A stretch of DNA of 64,000 nt, from the NCBI GenBank assembly GCA_964538455.1, contig CAZIDZ010000007.1:33645-97644 (forward strand), read 5' to 3'. The notes under the pieces were generated by a model. That model saw only the letters and a program-made list of their open reading frames with translations, had not been told where the DNA came from and ran no database searches. Shown here in pieces: positions 46,749 through 55,781 of the stretch. The translations under genes were made by a program, and so were the position numbers. This stretch comes from an uncultured bacterium. Its GTDB lineage: Bacteria; Electryoneota; Electryoneia; Electryoneales; Electryoneaceae. Numbering within the stretch: the stretch's first letter is position 1; each line of letters starts with the position of its first letter.

Positions 46749-48008
46749 ATGAATCGGCTCTTCGTCACATCTCTGCTGTTCATCTTCTTCGCCCGGGTGG
46801 CTGATGTTGCCGCGGGACCGCCCAATGTTGTCTGGACCAGCGAAAAAGGCCGTTGGGTGGCGGAGGTGAAGTACGATGTGCGGGGCGGCGCGCCCTCCAG
46901 CCTCACCGTGCAATCTTTTACGGGGAATGTCACCGTTTCGGGGTCCGGCACGAAGGCCGGACAGGTGACGATCCGCTGTGTGATCGACCGAGGGCTCTCC
47001 CGGGATGACGCCGAACAGGTGTTGAAAAAGGTACTCCCGGGCGTCGAAATCGTCGATGGAAACGTTCAGGTACGGGGTTCGAAGCGCTTTGCCTGGAGCG
47101 CCCCTGACGCGGAAGTAAGCCTCGACGCAATCCTCCCCGTCGCAACCGATCTGCAGTTGAATGTCTCCGCCGGAGATGTGCGGATCGGGAGCGTCAAAGG
47201 GAACATCGACTGTTCGGTTTCCGGGGGATCGCTGCGGCTTGCGCAGGTGCAGGGAGATGTTTCCGCCGCGGTTTCCGGCGGCGACCTGGTGTTTGAGCAG
47301 GTTTCGGGTGAACTCACCGCCGCGACATCCGGCGGCAACATCAAGCTGGCGGACTATTCCGGCACCGCCGATGTTACGACGGCGGGAGGGGAGATCACGA
47401 TACGCAAGGTGGACGGTGCTCTTTCCGCGACGACGATGGGCGGCGACATTCATGCCCAACAGGTGAAAGGCGGGAATATAGCGCTGACGAGCAAGGGTGG
47501 CGATCTCATCGCCGAAGATATTTCGGCGGAGCACAGCGCGGAACTCGTGACCGCCGGCGGGGATATCGACGCCAGCAACACCTCGGGTCCGATGGATTTC
47601 GTCGCCTCCGGTGGAGACATCGAGGTACGCAAGCATCAGGGCGACGTGGAGATCAGATCCAGTTCCGGGGATGTCGTGCTCAGGGACCTGCTCGGGAGTG
47701 TCACCGCCAACGTCGGGTCCGGCGATGTGGAGGTGTGGCTGGCTCCCGGTGTGGATTCAGGCGGTCGTGTCGAGCTTTCCACTGGAACCGGATCGCTCGA
47801 TCTCCATCTTCCGGCGCGCCTCGGAGCGGTGATTGAGGCTTCCGTGGGAACCGCCGGCAGGGATCGTAGCCGCCTCAAGTCCGATTTTCCCTTGGAATAC
47901 GAACATACTTCAAGCGGAAACCTGCGTGCGTCCGGCACGATCAATGGCGGCGGCATTCCGATTCTGCTCACCGCGGGGTCTGGTCACATCCGTATCCTTT
48001 CGCAGTGA
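46749..48008 (+). CDS. DUF4097-type repeat protein (putative adhesin / beta-helix)
   Basis: Signal peptide, then ~12 degenerate repeats of the form GG(D/N)I…V… (SGGSLRL, SGGDLVF, SGGNIKL, AGGEITI, MGGDIHA, KGGDLIA, AGGDIDA, SGGDIEV, SSGDVVL, GSGDVEV). Confidence 0.6.
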   Translation: MNRLFVTSLLFIFFARVADVAAGPPNVVWTSEKGRWVAEVKYDVRGGAPSSLTVQSFTGNVTVSGSGTKAGQVTIRCVIDRGLSRDDAEQVLKKVLPGVEIVDGNVQVRGSKRFAWSAPDAEVSLDAILPVATDLQLNVSAGDVRIGSVKGNIDCSVSGGSLRLAQVQGDVSAAVSGGDLVFEQVSGELTAATSGGNIKLADYSGTADVTTAGGEITIRKVDGALSATTMGGDIHAQQVKGGNIALTSKGGDLIAEDISAEHSAELVTAGGDIDASNTSGPMDFVASGGDIEVRKHQGDVEIRSSSGDVVLRDLLGSVTANVGSGDVEVWLAPGVDSGGRVELSTGTGSLDLHLPARLGAVIEASVGTAGRDRSRLKSDFPLEYEHTSSGNLRASGTINGGGIPILLTAGSGHIRILSQ

Positions 48009-48031
48009 TTCGGGGCCGAAGGAGGAACAGT

Positions 48032-48898
48032 ATGAAAAAGGTTTATTCGGGTGTGCTGCTCGCAGGGGTGCTGTGCACGGCCACGGCGTTCGCCGCGGGA
48101 CGGCTTGAGCCCTACGAGGACAGCGCCCCCCTCGACGACGTCAAGCAGGCGGACGTCCGGATCAACCTCGGTCTCGCGAGAATCGAACTCCAGGCGGGCG
48201 AAAACGACGTCCTGATCGACGTCAGCGGCGAGTACGATCCGCGTGAATCGCAGCCCGAACTTCGCGTCGACAGGAGAGGGGACCGGGCCGTTGTCCGTTT
48301 CGATAACCGTAATGAAAACAAATACAAACACCACAATAGACGCGGCGCCGATGTCGAGTCTGAGGATCACTTCCAGGTCAGGCTCAGTCCAAAGCCGCTC
48401 ACCGACCTGGAGCTCGATGTGGGCCTGGGAAAATGCGATTTGAACCTTGACAAGCTGCGGGTGGGAAGGCTTGAACTCGATGCAGGGCTTTCCGAAGTCG
48501 ATGTCAGCATGGATTCACCCAATTCCGAGCGGGCTTCCCGGGTGACTCTCAAAAGCGGCCTTGGGGAAGTGAAAACCCATCAGATCGGGTATCTCCGCTT
48601 CGACCGGCTGCACGTCGAAGGCGGATTGGGGGATGTGGAGCTAGACCTCCGCGGGTTCGAGGGGGACGGCACTGTCGATCTGAACGTTGGGCTCGGAAGC
48701 TGCCGCATAACCGTGCCCAAGGATGTGGACGTACGTGTGTTCTATGATAGTAATTTCATGTCATCCATAGATTTAGACGGATTTAAACGGGTCTCGAAGA
48801 ACGAATACGAGAGCGAGGGATTCGGCAGCGCGAAATCCACGCTGGAGATCGATGCTTCGGTGGGGATGGGGAATCTTACGATCACTCGCCGGAGGTAG
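48032..48898 (+). CDS. DUF4097/LiaF-like beta-repeat lipoprotein or secreted protein
   Basis: Signal peptide MKKVYSGVLLAGVLCTATAFA. Repeated L/V-D-V/L motifs (LELDVGLGKCDLNL, LELDAGLSEVDVSM, VELDLRGFEGDGTVDLNVGLGSCRITV). GGAGG seven nt upstream of ATG 48032. Confidence 0.5.
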   Translation: MKKVYSGVLLAGVLCTATAFAAGRLEPYEDSAPLDDVKQADVRINLGLARIELQAGENDVLIDVSGEYDPRESQPELRVDRRGDRAVVRFDNRNENKYKHHNRRGADVESEDHFQVRLSPKPLTDLELDVGLGKCDLNLDKLRVGRLELDAGLSEVDVSMDSPNSERASRVTLKSGLGEVKTHQIGYLRFDRLHVEGGLGDVELDLRGFEGDGTVDLNVGLGSCRITVPKDVDVRVFYDSNFMSSIDLDGFKRVSKNEYESEGFGSAKSTLEIDASVGMGNLTITRRR

Positions 48899-48944
48899 GA
48901 CGCGGCACCGATTGAGAGTTCGATTTGCTTAACTTTTCTTGCGC

Positions 48945-48997
48945 GCGAAAAACACCCGGGCTATATTCTCACGTGCCATCAGGTTGTGATGCCCGGG
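48945..48997 (-). terminator. rho-independent terminator candidate for the minus-strand efflux operon
   Basis: On the - strand, CCCGGGC…GCCCGGG (7-bp GC stem, 48955-61 / 48991-97) with an inner TCAC/GTGA extension, followed by TGTTTTT (complement of 48947-48954). The loop is long (~29 nt). Confidence 0.4.
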
Positions 48998-49186
48998 TAA
49001 TCGGCCCCCCACGGTTGCACGCAGGTAGCACAGTCTATGATGGCACGTCCAGGCCGCCTGGGGAGCGATCTCCTTGGGCGGTTTGCTCTCGTGGTGCCTT
49101 TCTATCCGCTTGATACGTTCCTGTGGCGTTCGATACCGGCCGGAGACTGCGTTCCCCCGCTGCAGCATACCCCAGCCAAATCCGCA

Positions 49187-52100
49187 CTAGTCCGTTAGAG
49201 TTCTCCTCGTCCCAACGCGGCTGAAGAATGTATCGAACAGCGTGTAGATCGCCGGGACGACCAGCAGTGTGAGCAGGGTCGAGGAGGCGAGTCCGCCGAT
49301 CACCACCGCCGAGAGCGGCACCAGCGTCTCGCCGCCCGTGCCGACGCCGAGCGCGATGAAAAGCATCCCCGCCATCGTGGTCAGCGTGGTCATCAGGATC
49401 GGTCTCAGCCGGCGCTGACCGGCCTGGATGATCGCTTCCAGACGGTCCATGTTTTCTTCGCGCCTGCCGCGGTTGATGAAGTCCACCAGCAGAATCCCGT
49501 TGTTGACCACCACCCCGGAGAGCATGATGATCCCGAGCAGGCTGTTCACGTTGATCGCGCCCTTGAAAACGATCAGCCCGAGCACCGCTCCGATCAGCGC
49601 CAGCGGGATCGCCGTGCTGATCACGATCGGCTGCCAGAAGCTGTTGAACTGGCTCGCCATTACCACGTACACAAGGAAAATCGCCAACGCCAGGGCGATC
49701 GCTAATGATTGGAACGACTCGATGATCGAACGCGAGGCTCCCGCTCGTTTCCAGCGGTAGTCGCGCGGAAGCTGCATATGCTGTTGGACCTCCGCTGCGA
49801 TCGCGCGTACGTCACGCTGGCGGTAGCCCGGACCCGCGTCGCCGGTCACTGAGAGAAAACGCTCCTGGTCGCTCCTGCGGATTTGCGCAGGACCCGGGCG
49901 CATCTTGAATTCCGCGATCGCCCGCAGCGGAATCACCGTTCCCAGCGGAGTCTGCAGCGGGAGATCCCGAAGGTCCGGCAGGCTGCGCACGGCGGAACGG
50001 TCGAACGACACCTCGACGTCGTACATGTTGCCGTCCGGGGTGCTGTACTTCGTGACGGCGATCCCGTCTACAGCGGTGCGAACCAGCGAGGCCACTCGTG
50101 CCGATGACAAGCCCCAGCGCGCCGCTTTTTTCCTGTCCACGACGATCCGGATCTCCGGTTTGCCTGCCTCCAGGTTACTCGCCAGGTTGATGATTTGCGG
50201 GTAGGCGCGGAGACTGTCCAGCAGTTCATCGCTGATCGCCGCGAGCGTGTCGAGATTGGGGCCGGCCACACGCACGTCGATTCCGGACGATCCCATCCCC
50301 GCTCCGATGTTCTGAACCTTCACGTCGATCTTCGCGTCCGGGTACCCCGTCAGCGTGCGGCGCATCTTCGCCATCACATCGTCGAGATTACCCTGGGACG
50401 CGGGGATGCTGCAATCGAACCAGGCGATGTTCGAAAGCGGTTGATTGTAGAATGCGGAGAGTCCGACGACGCTGTACACCTGAAAAATCTCAGGAATCGC
50501 CAGCATTTTCGCTTCCATGTCTTCCGCGATCCCCTCGGTCGCGTCCAGCGAAGTGCCCACCGGGAGTTCCAGGTTCACCCGAATCTTGCCCTCGTCGATC
50601 CGCGGCAGCTCCTCGATGTCCAGCATCCGTACCCCGGCGATCGGGATGATCATCAGCGAGAACGCGATTACGATCGTCAGCAGCGCCCGCTTCCAGTTCC
50701 CGCTCACCGCACGGATCACCGGTCTGTAAACGTTTGCCAGCCAGCCGATCGCTCTCTGCCAGAGGCGGGGGAGAAGGCTGCTGCCGCCGTCCACTTGCAG
50801 CAGCTTCAGGCTGAGCGCGGGGATCACGGTGAAGGAGACGAGCAGGCTGAAGATCAACGCTCCGACGACGGTCAGCGAAAGCTCGCCCAGCAGGAAATAG
50901 GTGATTCCCTTGGTGAAAGCCAGCGGGAGAAAGACGACGACGCTCGTTGCGATCGACGCGGTGATCGGTAGCGCCACTTCGCTGACGGCGGCGTCGTACA
51001 AATCGATCTTCGCTTCCCGGTCCATCACCGCCGTGCTGTTCAACTTGCGCTGCCGGTAATACAGGTTTTCCAGCACCACGATGCTCGAGTCCACGATCAT
51101 CCCCACACCGAGCGCCAGGCCCCCCAGCGAAATCGTGTTCAGGCTGATTTTCAAAGCGCCCATCACGAGAAACGTGGCGAGAATCGACACGGGGATCGAA
51201 AGCACGATGATGAACGTGTTACGCAGGCTGCCGAGAAACAGGTAGATGAACAATGCCGCGATCAGAGCTCCGAGCAGGACGTTCGTCGTCACCGACCGGA
51301 TCGTCGAGCGGATGAAGGCGCTGTCGTCCTTGATCACCTGGAAGTTGATGTCCGGCCAACTCTCCTGGACGCTTTGCAGCTCCGCCATCACCTCACCAAC
51401 GAGCGCCACCGTGTTCCCGTCCGTGGTCTGGCGAACCGCCAGCGCCAGCGACTCCTCGCCGTTGACGCTCGCGATCCCTACCCTGTCGTCATCGACAAAG
51501 CGGACGGTGGCCACGTCTCGTAGCAGCACCGGCGTCTGCCCGCGCAGCTCGATGACGATGTTGCGGATGTCATCCAGCGACTGGTACTTGTTGAAGCTGC
51601 GGAGGATGAACTGGCGGCTCCCCTGTGTCAATTCTCCCGCGGGAACATTGATGTTTTCCGACCCAAGCACCTGTGTGAGCCGGTCGAGCGGAATCCCGAG
51701 ATGCACCAGTTTCAGCGGGTCCGCCTCGACGCGCACGATCTTGTCCTGCCCGCCGCGGATATCGACCGCCGCGACATTCGGCAGCCGCAGGAAACGGTTT
51801 ACGATCCGGTCTTCCAGCAGGCGGCGCAATTCGCCCTGGTCGTACCGGTTGGAGGTCACGGCGAGTTCGAGCGGCGCCGGGATCAACGCGTCGAGCGCCA
51901 GCACCGAGGTCGGCTGGATGTCGCGGGGAAGTTCGCCGCGCGCTCCGTCAAGCTTCTCGCGAAGGTCGATCTTCGAACGGTTGACGTCCGTGCCCCAGTT
52001 GAAGCGAAGGGTGAGCTGGCTCAAACCCTCGATCGAGAGTGATTCGACTTCGTAGATGTTGCTGATCGTCGAGACGACACGCTCGAGCGGCTTGGTCACC

Positions 52101-52285
52101 TCTTCCTCGATGTCCTCCGGCGCCGCACCCGGGTATGGGGTCTGTACGATCAGGAACGGGGGAGTGATGTTCGGCCAGTAGGCGATCGGCAGACTGCGCA
52201 GCGTGATCAGACCGAGCACCGCGATCGCAGTCGCGAACAGGGCCGTGCCCACCGGGTTTCGCATTGACAGCCGCGAGAGTTTCAT
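49187..52285 (-). CDS. RND-family efflux permease (AcrB/HAE1-type inner-membrane transporter)
   Basis: ~1030 aa, 12 TM, with two large periplasmic loops. The N-terminus MKLSRLSMRNPVGTALFATAIAVLGLITLRSLPIAYWP is typical of AcrB/CzcA. Start chosen at the internal ATG 52285, not the ORF-track 52432. Confidence 0.9.
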   Translation of the reverse strand: MKLSRLSMRNPVGTALFATAIAVLGLITLRSLPIAYWPNITPPFLIVQTPYPGAAPEDIEEEVTKPLERVVSTISNIYEVESLSIEGLSQLTLRFNWGTDVNRSKIDLREKLDGARGELPRDIQPTSVLALDALIPAPLELAVTSNRYDQGELRRLLEDRIVNRFLRLPNVAAVDIRGGQDKIVRVEADPLKLVHLGIPLDRLTQVLGSENINVPAGELTQGSRQFILRSFNKYQSLDDIRNIVIELRGQTPVLLRDVATVRFVDDDRVGIASVNGEESLALAVRQTTDGNTVALVGEVMAELQSVQESWPDINFQVIKDDSAFIRSTIRSVTTNVLLGALIAALFIYLFLGSLRNTFIIVLSIPVSILATFLVMGALKISLNTISLGGLALGVGMIVDSSIVVLENLYYRQRKLNSTAVMDREAKIDLYDAAVSEVALPITASIATSVVVFLPLAFTKGITYFLLGELSLTVVGALIFSLLVSFTVIPALSLKLLQVDGGSSLLPRLWQRAIGWLANVYRPVIRAVSGNWKRALLTIVIAFSLMIIPIAGVRMLDIEELPRIDEGKIRVNLELPVGTSLDATEGIAEDMEAKMLAIPEIFQVYSVVGLSAFYNQPLSNIAWFDCSIPASQGNLDDVMAKMRRTLTGYPDAKIDVKVQNIGAGMGSSGIDVRVAGPNLDTLAAISDELLDSLRAYPQIINLASNLEAGKPEIRIVVDRKKAARWGLSSARVASLVRTAVDGIAVTKYSTPDGNMYDVEVSFDRSAVRSLPDLRDLPLQTPLGTVIPLRAIAEFKMRPGPAQIRRSDQERFLSVTGDAGPGYRQRDVRAIAAEVQQHMQLPRDYRWKRAGASRSIIESFQSLAIALALAIFLVYVVMASQFNSFWQPIVISTAIPLALIGAVLGLIVFKGAINVNSLLGIIMLSGVVVNNGILLVDFINRGRREENMDRLEAIIQAGQRRLRPILMTTLTTMAGMLFIALGVGTGGETLVPLSAVVIGGLASSTLLTLLVVPAIYTLFDTFFSRVGTRRTLTD

Positions 52286-53151
52286 CGCCGCAGGTCCTCG
52301 CGAACCTCCACACGGACCCCGTCGGAGAGGGAGTTCTGCCCGAAGGTCGCCACCGTGTCGCCCGCTGCGAGCCCCTCGCCCGAAATCTCCAGACGGTTCC
52401 CGAGATCGGACACCAGGGTTACTTGGACCCATCTCGCCGCACCGTCCCGGATCGCAAACAGACCCTTCACCCGCTTGCGCTCCACCACGGCATCGCGGGA
52501 CACGGTCAGCCCCGAATGCTGGTCGAGCAGCAGCTTCAGCTCCCCCTCGATGTTGGGCAGCAGGCGGCGATCGGGATTCGGCAGGATCACCTCACCGGGT
52601 ACGATCTGCTTCTGGGCGTCCACGTAGGGGAGGATCTTCCCCAGGGTCACATTCTCGAACGCCTGTCCGTTGGTCAGCCGCAGCGAGCCTTGCAGCCCGA
52701 CCCGCAGACCGGCCAGATCCACTTCAAGAATTTCCGCCCGGAAAAGCATCGAGTCGTCGTGCACGATCTCGAACAGCTTGGTCTGCGGTGTGACACGCGC
52801 TCCGACGGACACGTACCGCCGCGAAACGGTCCCGGAAAGCGGACAGTCGATCCGCTCGGGTTCGTAGCGGACTCCCGGATCGACGCGCTTCACCCGCACC
52901 ATCGCCTGCCCGAGTCGCACCCGGTCACCTTCGTCCACGTTCAGCGAGACGACATCCCCGCCGAAGGTGCTGTACACATCCACCCGCTCTGGGGGGACGA
53001 TTGTCCCGCGGACCGAGAGGGTGTGCCGCACAGGCTCCATGTCCACCGTGCCCGCATAGACAGGTACGGCCTTCGGCGCTGCGCTTTGTGCGGCCGATCC
53101 GGAAGCGAGGAAAAGGAGAAACACGACCGTCATCATTGTACGCTTATTCAT
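52282..53151 (-). CDS. RND efflux periplasmic adaptor (membrane fusion protein)
   Basis: Signal peptide MNKRTMMTVVFLLFLASGSAAQ; biotinyl/lipoyl hairpin and beta-barrel pattern (VPVYAGTVDMEPVRHTLSVRGTIVP…VRLGQAMV). Overlaps the permease start. Confidence 0.85.
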   Translation of the reverse strand: MNKRTMMTVVFLLFLASGSAAQSAAPKAVPVYAGTVDMEPVRHTLSVRGTIVPPERVDVYSTFGGDVVSLNVDEGDRVRLGQAMVRVKRVDPGVRYEPERIDCPLSGTVSRRYVSVGARVTPQTKLFEIVHDDSMLFRAEILEVDLAGLRVGLQGSLRLTNGQAFENVTLGKILPYVDAQKQIVPGEVILPNPDRRLLPNIEGELKLLLDQHSGLTVSRDAVVERKRVKGLFAIRDGAARWVQVTLVSDLGNRLEISGEGLAAGDTVATFGQNSLSDGVRVEVREDLRR

Positions 53152-54466
53152 CGAACGCCTCGATGTAGGGGAGGTATTCCGCATCACGCATCGAACACCA
53201 TTTGACCACGGCGTCGAACTGGTAGCCGAGCAGGGTGAGTCGCGTCCGGCGCAGCGCCCGCTGGGCTTCAATCAGGTCGCTGCTGCCGAGACCGCCGCCC
53301 TTGTAACGGTTTCGGGCGATTGTGTAGCTCGCTTTTGCCTGTTCGAAGGATTTCCGCCCGATCTCGATCTGCTGCAACGCCTCCGCGAGATCCAGCCGCG
53401 CGTTCAAAATCTGCTGCTCGATCTCGCTTCGCTTGTCGCGCTCCTTGGCCTCCAGAGATCGCCGCGCAACCGTGATCTCCTCCAGTTTTCGCTTCGTCAG
53501 CCAGCCGTCGAAAATCGGCATCGCGAGTGAAACGCCCACCGACCACGAATCCTTGAACGCCTCCACGTCCGGGAATTGCCCGTTGCGCACCACCCACGAG
53601 AAAAAAGCCGAAGGCATCGGCCGCAGCCAGCCGGTCCGCGTGATCTTCTCCTGCTCCGCGTAGAGATCGAACGAGCGCCTCAGCATCTTCAACTCCAGGT
53701 GCTGCTGGGTCGCCAGCGCGATGTCCGTCGTGTCCACTCCCCCCGGAGGAGTTTCCGGGAGCAGTGTGTCCGATTCCACCGGCGAGGTTAGCGGTCGGCC
53801 GAGCAGGCGGTTGAGCGAATACTCGAGGCGATCCACCTGTTTGCGGCGGTTGACAACCTCGCTGCGCGCACCCGAAAGCTCCACCTCCATCCGCAGCACG
53901 TCGAAATCGCTCGCGTAGCCTCCGCTGTACTGCGCCTTGACGAGGGAAACCTGCTCCTCGAGCAGCGTGGCGTTCTCTTCCGCCCAGCGAAGCGCCTCAT
54001 CGGCGAGCGATAGGGTGAAATAGGATCGCGCCACGGCCAGCGCGATCGCACGCCGTGCCTGTTCCGCGGCGTCGCGCGCCGTCTTCGCGTTCAGCTCCGC
54101 AATCCGGATGGATGACTGCGTTCGCCCCCAGGTGAAAAATGGGTACGCCGCGCTCAGCTGGGTATTGATCTGGTTTTCGGTGCCGAATTTCAACGTCCCG
54201 CCGGGCCCGATATTCGCCTCCGGGATGTAGGAGGGCCGCGTGTAGGATGCCGACAGCGCCGCTGTCGGCAGCAGCCCCGAACGCGCCTGCGAAACCTGGC
54301 TCTCGGCCTGGAGCACCGCTTGGCGTGCCGCCTCCAGCGAGGGATTCGCACCCAGCGCCTCGTCGACCAGGGCCGAGAGCGGTTCCGACGCCAGGCTCCA
54401 TAACGGGAAGGCCAGCGCGGCCAGCAGCATCAGCAGGCCTGCAGCGCGGGCAGAGGGGAAACTCAT
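53144..54466 (-). CDS. TolC-family outer-membrane efflux channel
   Basis: Signal peptide, two tandem coiled-coil/beta repeat halves (…LLPTAALSASYTRP… and …SVGVSLAMPIFDGW…), ~440 aa. Overlaps the MFP start. Confidence 0.85.
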   Translation of the reverse strand: MSFPSARAAGLLMLLAALAFPLWSLASEPLSALVDEALGANPSLEAARQAVLQAESQVSQARSGLLPTAALSASYTRPSYIPEANIGPGGTLKFGTENQINTQLSAAYPFFTWGRTQSSIRIAELNAKTARDAAEQARRAIALAVARSYFTLSLADEALRWAEENATLLEEQVSLVKAQYSGGYASDFDVLRMEVELSGARSEVVNRRKQVDRLEYSLNRLLGRPLTSPVESDTLLPETPPGGVDTTDIALATQQHLELKMLRRSFDLYAEQEKITRTGWLRPMPSAFFSWVVRNGQFPDVEAFKDSWSVGVSLAMPIFDGWLTKRKLEEITVARRSLEAKERDKRSEIEQQILNARLDLAEALQQIEIGRKSFEQAKASYTIARNRYKGGGLGSSDLIEAQRALRRTRLTLLGYQFDAVVKWCSMRDAEYLPYIEAFDE

Positions 54467-54978
54467 GCCGTCACTCCTTCTCCCAGGTCGCGGATCAGAT
54501 GGCCCATCATGTACAGTGCTCGCAGTAATTGAGTCCGTTGATCCTGCGAAAGGTTCCGGATCAGCGCCTGCATCGTGTCGCGTACGATCTCCCGCCGCTT
54601 CACCTGGTAGCTCTGACCCCTTTTTCCCAGGTCGAGCAGCACCTCGCGGCGATTCTCCGGGTTCGCCACCCTCGTCAGGTACCCCTCGCGCACCAGCCGG
54701 TCCACCAGCACGGAGGTTGTTGACCGCGCGAGGCCGTGCTCTTCCGCCAGCGTATGCAAGGAGATGTTCGGGGTCAGGGATAGCGTGTCGAGTACCGCAA
54801 GCTGGCGCAGGGTGAGGTTGCCGAGCTCCGATCGCGCAGGAGCTAGGTCGTGAAAAAACTTGCCGATAGAGAGAATCACGTCGGCGAGGTGCTCGGAACT
54901 CACTTGACCCGTGTCAAACGGTTGTTCGTCGCCGCCGGAATCCATCGATGACTCGGAGAATAGATCGATCCTATCCAT
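54463..54978 (-). CDS. MarR-family transcriptional regulator
   Basis: Winged HTH (LTLRQLAVLDTLSLTPNISLHTLAEEHGLARSTTSVLVDRLVREGYLTRVANPENRREVLLDLGKRG). First gene of the efflux operon. ATGA overlap with tolC. Confidence 0.8.
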   Translation of the reverse strand: MDRIDLFSESSMDSGGDEQPFDTGQVSSEHLADVILSIGKFFHDLAPARSELGNLTLRQLAVLDTLSLTPNISLHTLAEEHGLARSTTSVLVDRLVREGYLTRVANPENRREVLLDLGKRGQSYQVKRREIVRDTMQALIRNLSQDQRTQLLRALYMMGHLIRDLGEGVTA

Positions 54979-55000
54979 CGCATCTCCAAACAGTTTTGCA

Positions 55001-55017
55001 ATACGAACAGTTCGTAT
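55001..55017. promoter_or_regulatory. perfect inverted repeat ATACGAAC-A-GTTCGTAT, candidate MarR operator / autoregulatory site
   Basis: The 8-1-8 palindrome lies 23-39 nt upstream of the marR start codon (54978, - strand), in the divergent intergenic region 54979-55121. Confidence 0.45.
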
Positions 55018-55121
55018 AAGCGAATATAAGCGTCCGAGGCGTACGACACAAGGCCCACCTCGGAGGCTGGAGAACATCAGGGAATACGCGGCTTTTCCAG
55101 CATTCAGGGTGTTTTTGGGCG

Positions 55122-55781
55122 ATGGGTGGACCTTTCAGCGGCCCTTTCCCGGTCATGCACGATTCCCGTTCCGTTGGAGCCGTGCGGGTGGGGGCCTATC
55201 TTACGGGGAAACAGGAACAACCCCTTCCGGAGGGAATCGTGCGGCGGATCGTGGTGTTCGGCGGCGGCGACTGGGTGCGCGGAGGGGACAATTGGTCGCT
55301 CGGGTATGAAGTCGGACGTCTCGTCGCGCTCGCGGATGCGGAGTTGGTCACTGGCGGGTATGGTGGGGCGATGGAGGCTTCGAGCGAGGGGGCGGCGTCG
55401 GCCGGCGGAAGCGTGCGCGGCATCGTTCACCGTTCTCCACGGGAAAAACCTCCCAATCCCTTCGTGACAGTTGTGGAGCGGGCCGAGGACTACGCGGACC
55501 GTCTCGCTCGGCTGCTGCGGATCGAGGAGGCGGTGGCTCTTCCCGGGCTCAGCGGAACATTTGCGGAGATTGCCGCTTCCTTCGCTCTTTTACAGAGATT
55601 TCCCGGGCGCAGGCTGGCTCTCTGGGGGCCCTGGTGGCGTCCGCTGCTCGGCGATGTGATGACACGGATGTCAAGCGGGCACATGCCGGGAGTCGCCTGG
55701 CTGGATGATCTGCCCGGGCTCGAGCGTTGGCTCTCACGGCATCACGAAGATGAGGCGGTTGGCGCAGATGATCTCCGGTAA
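55122..55781 (+). CDS. TIGR00725/LOG-like Rossmann-fold nucleotide-binding protein
   Basis: VVFGGGDW…ADAELVTGGYGGAMEA…GGSVRGIV is the LOG/YgdH-like pattern. The true start may be internal. Confidence 0.55.
   Translation: MGGPFSGPFPVMHDSRSVGAVRVGAYLTGKQEQPLPEGIVRRIVVFGGGDWVRGGDNWSLGYEVGRLVALADAELVTGGYGGAMEASSEGAASAGGSVRGIVHRSPREKPPNPFVTVVERAEDYADRLARLLRIEEAVALPGLSGTFAEIAASFALLQRFPGRRLALWGPWWRPLLGDVMTRMSSGHMPGVAWLDDLPGLERWLSRHHEDEAVGADDLR

Noticed and set aside
48998-49186. Possible SRP RNA / 6S / RNase P / tmRNA in the convergent gap
   Set aside because: I looked for the conserved SRP domain IV (GGAA…AGCAGC), the tmRNA 5'/3' ends and the RNase P P4 motifs and found none. Kept only as a generic long 3'UTR/sRNA candidate.
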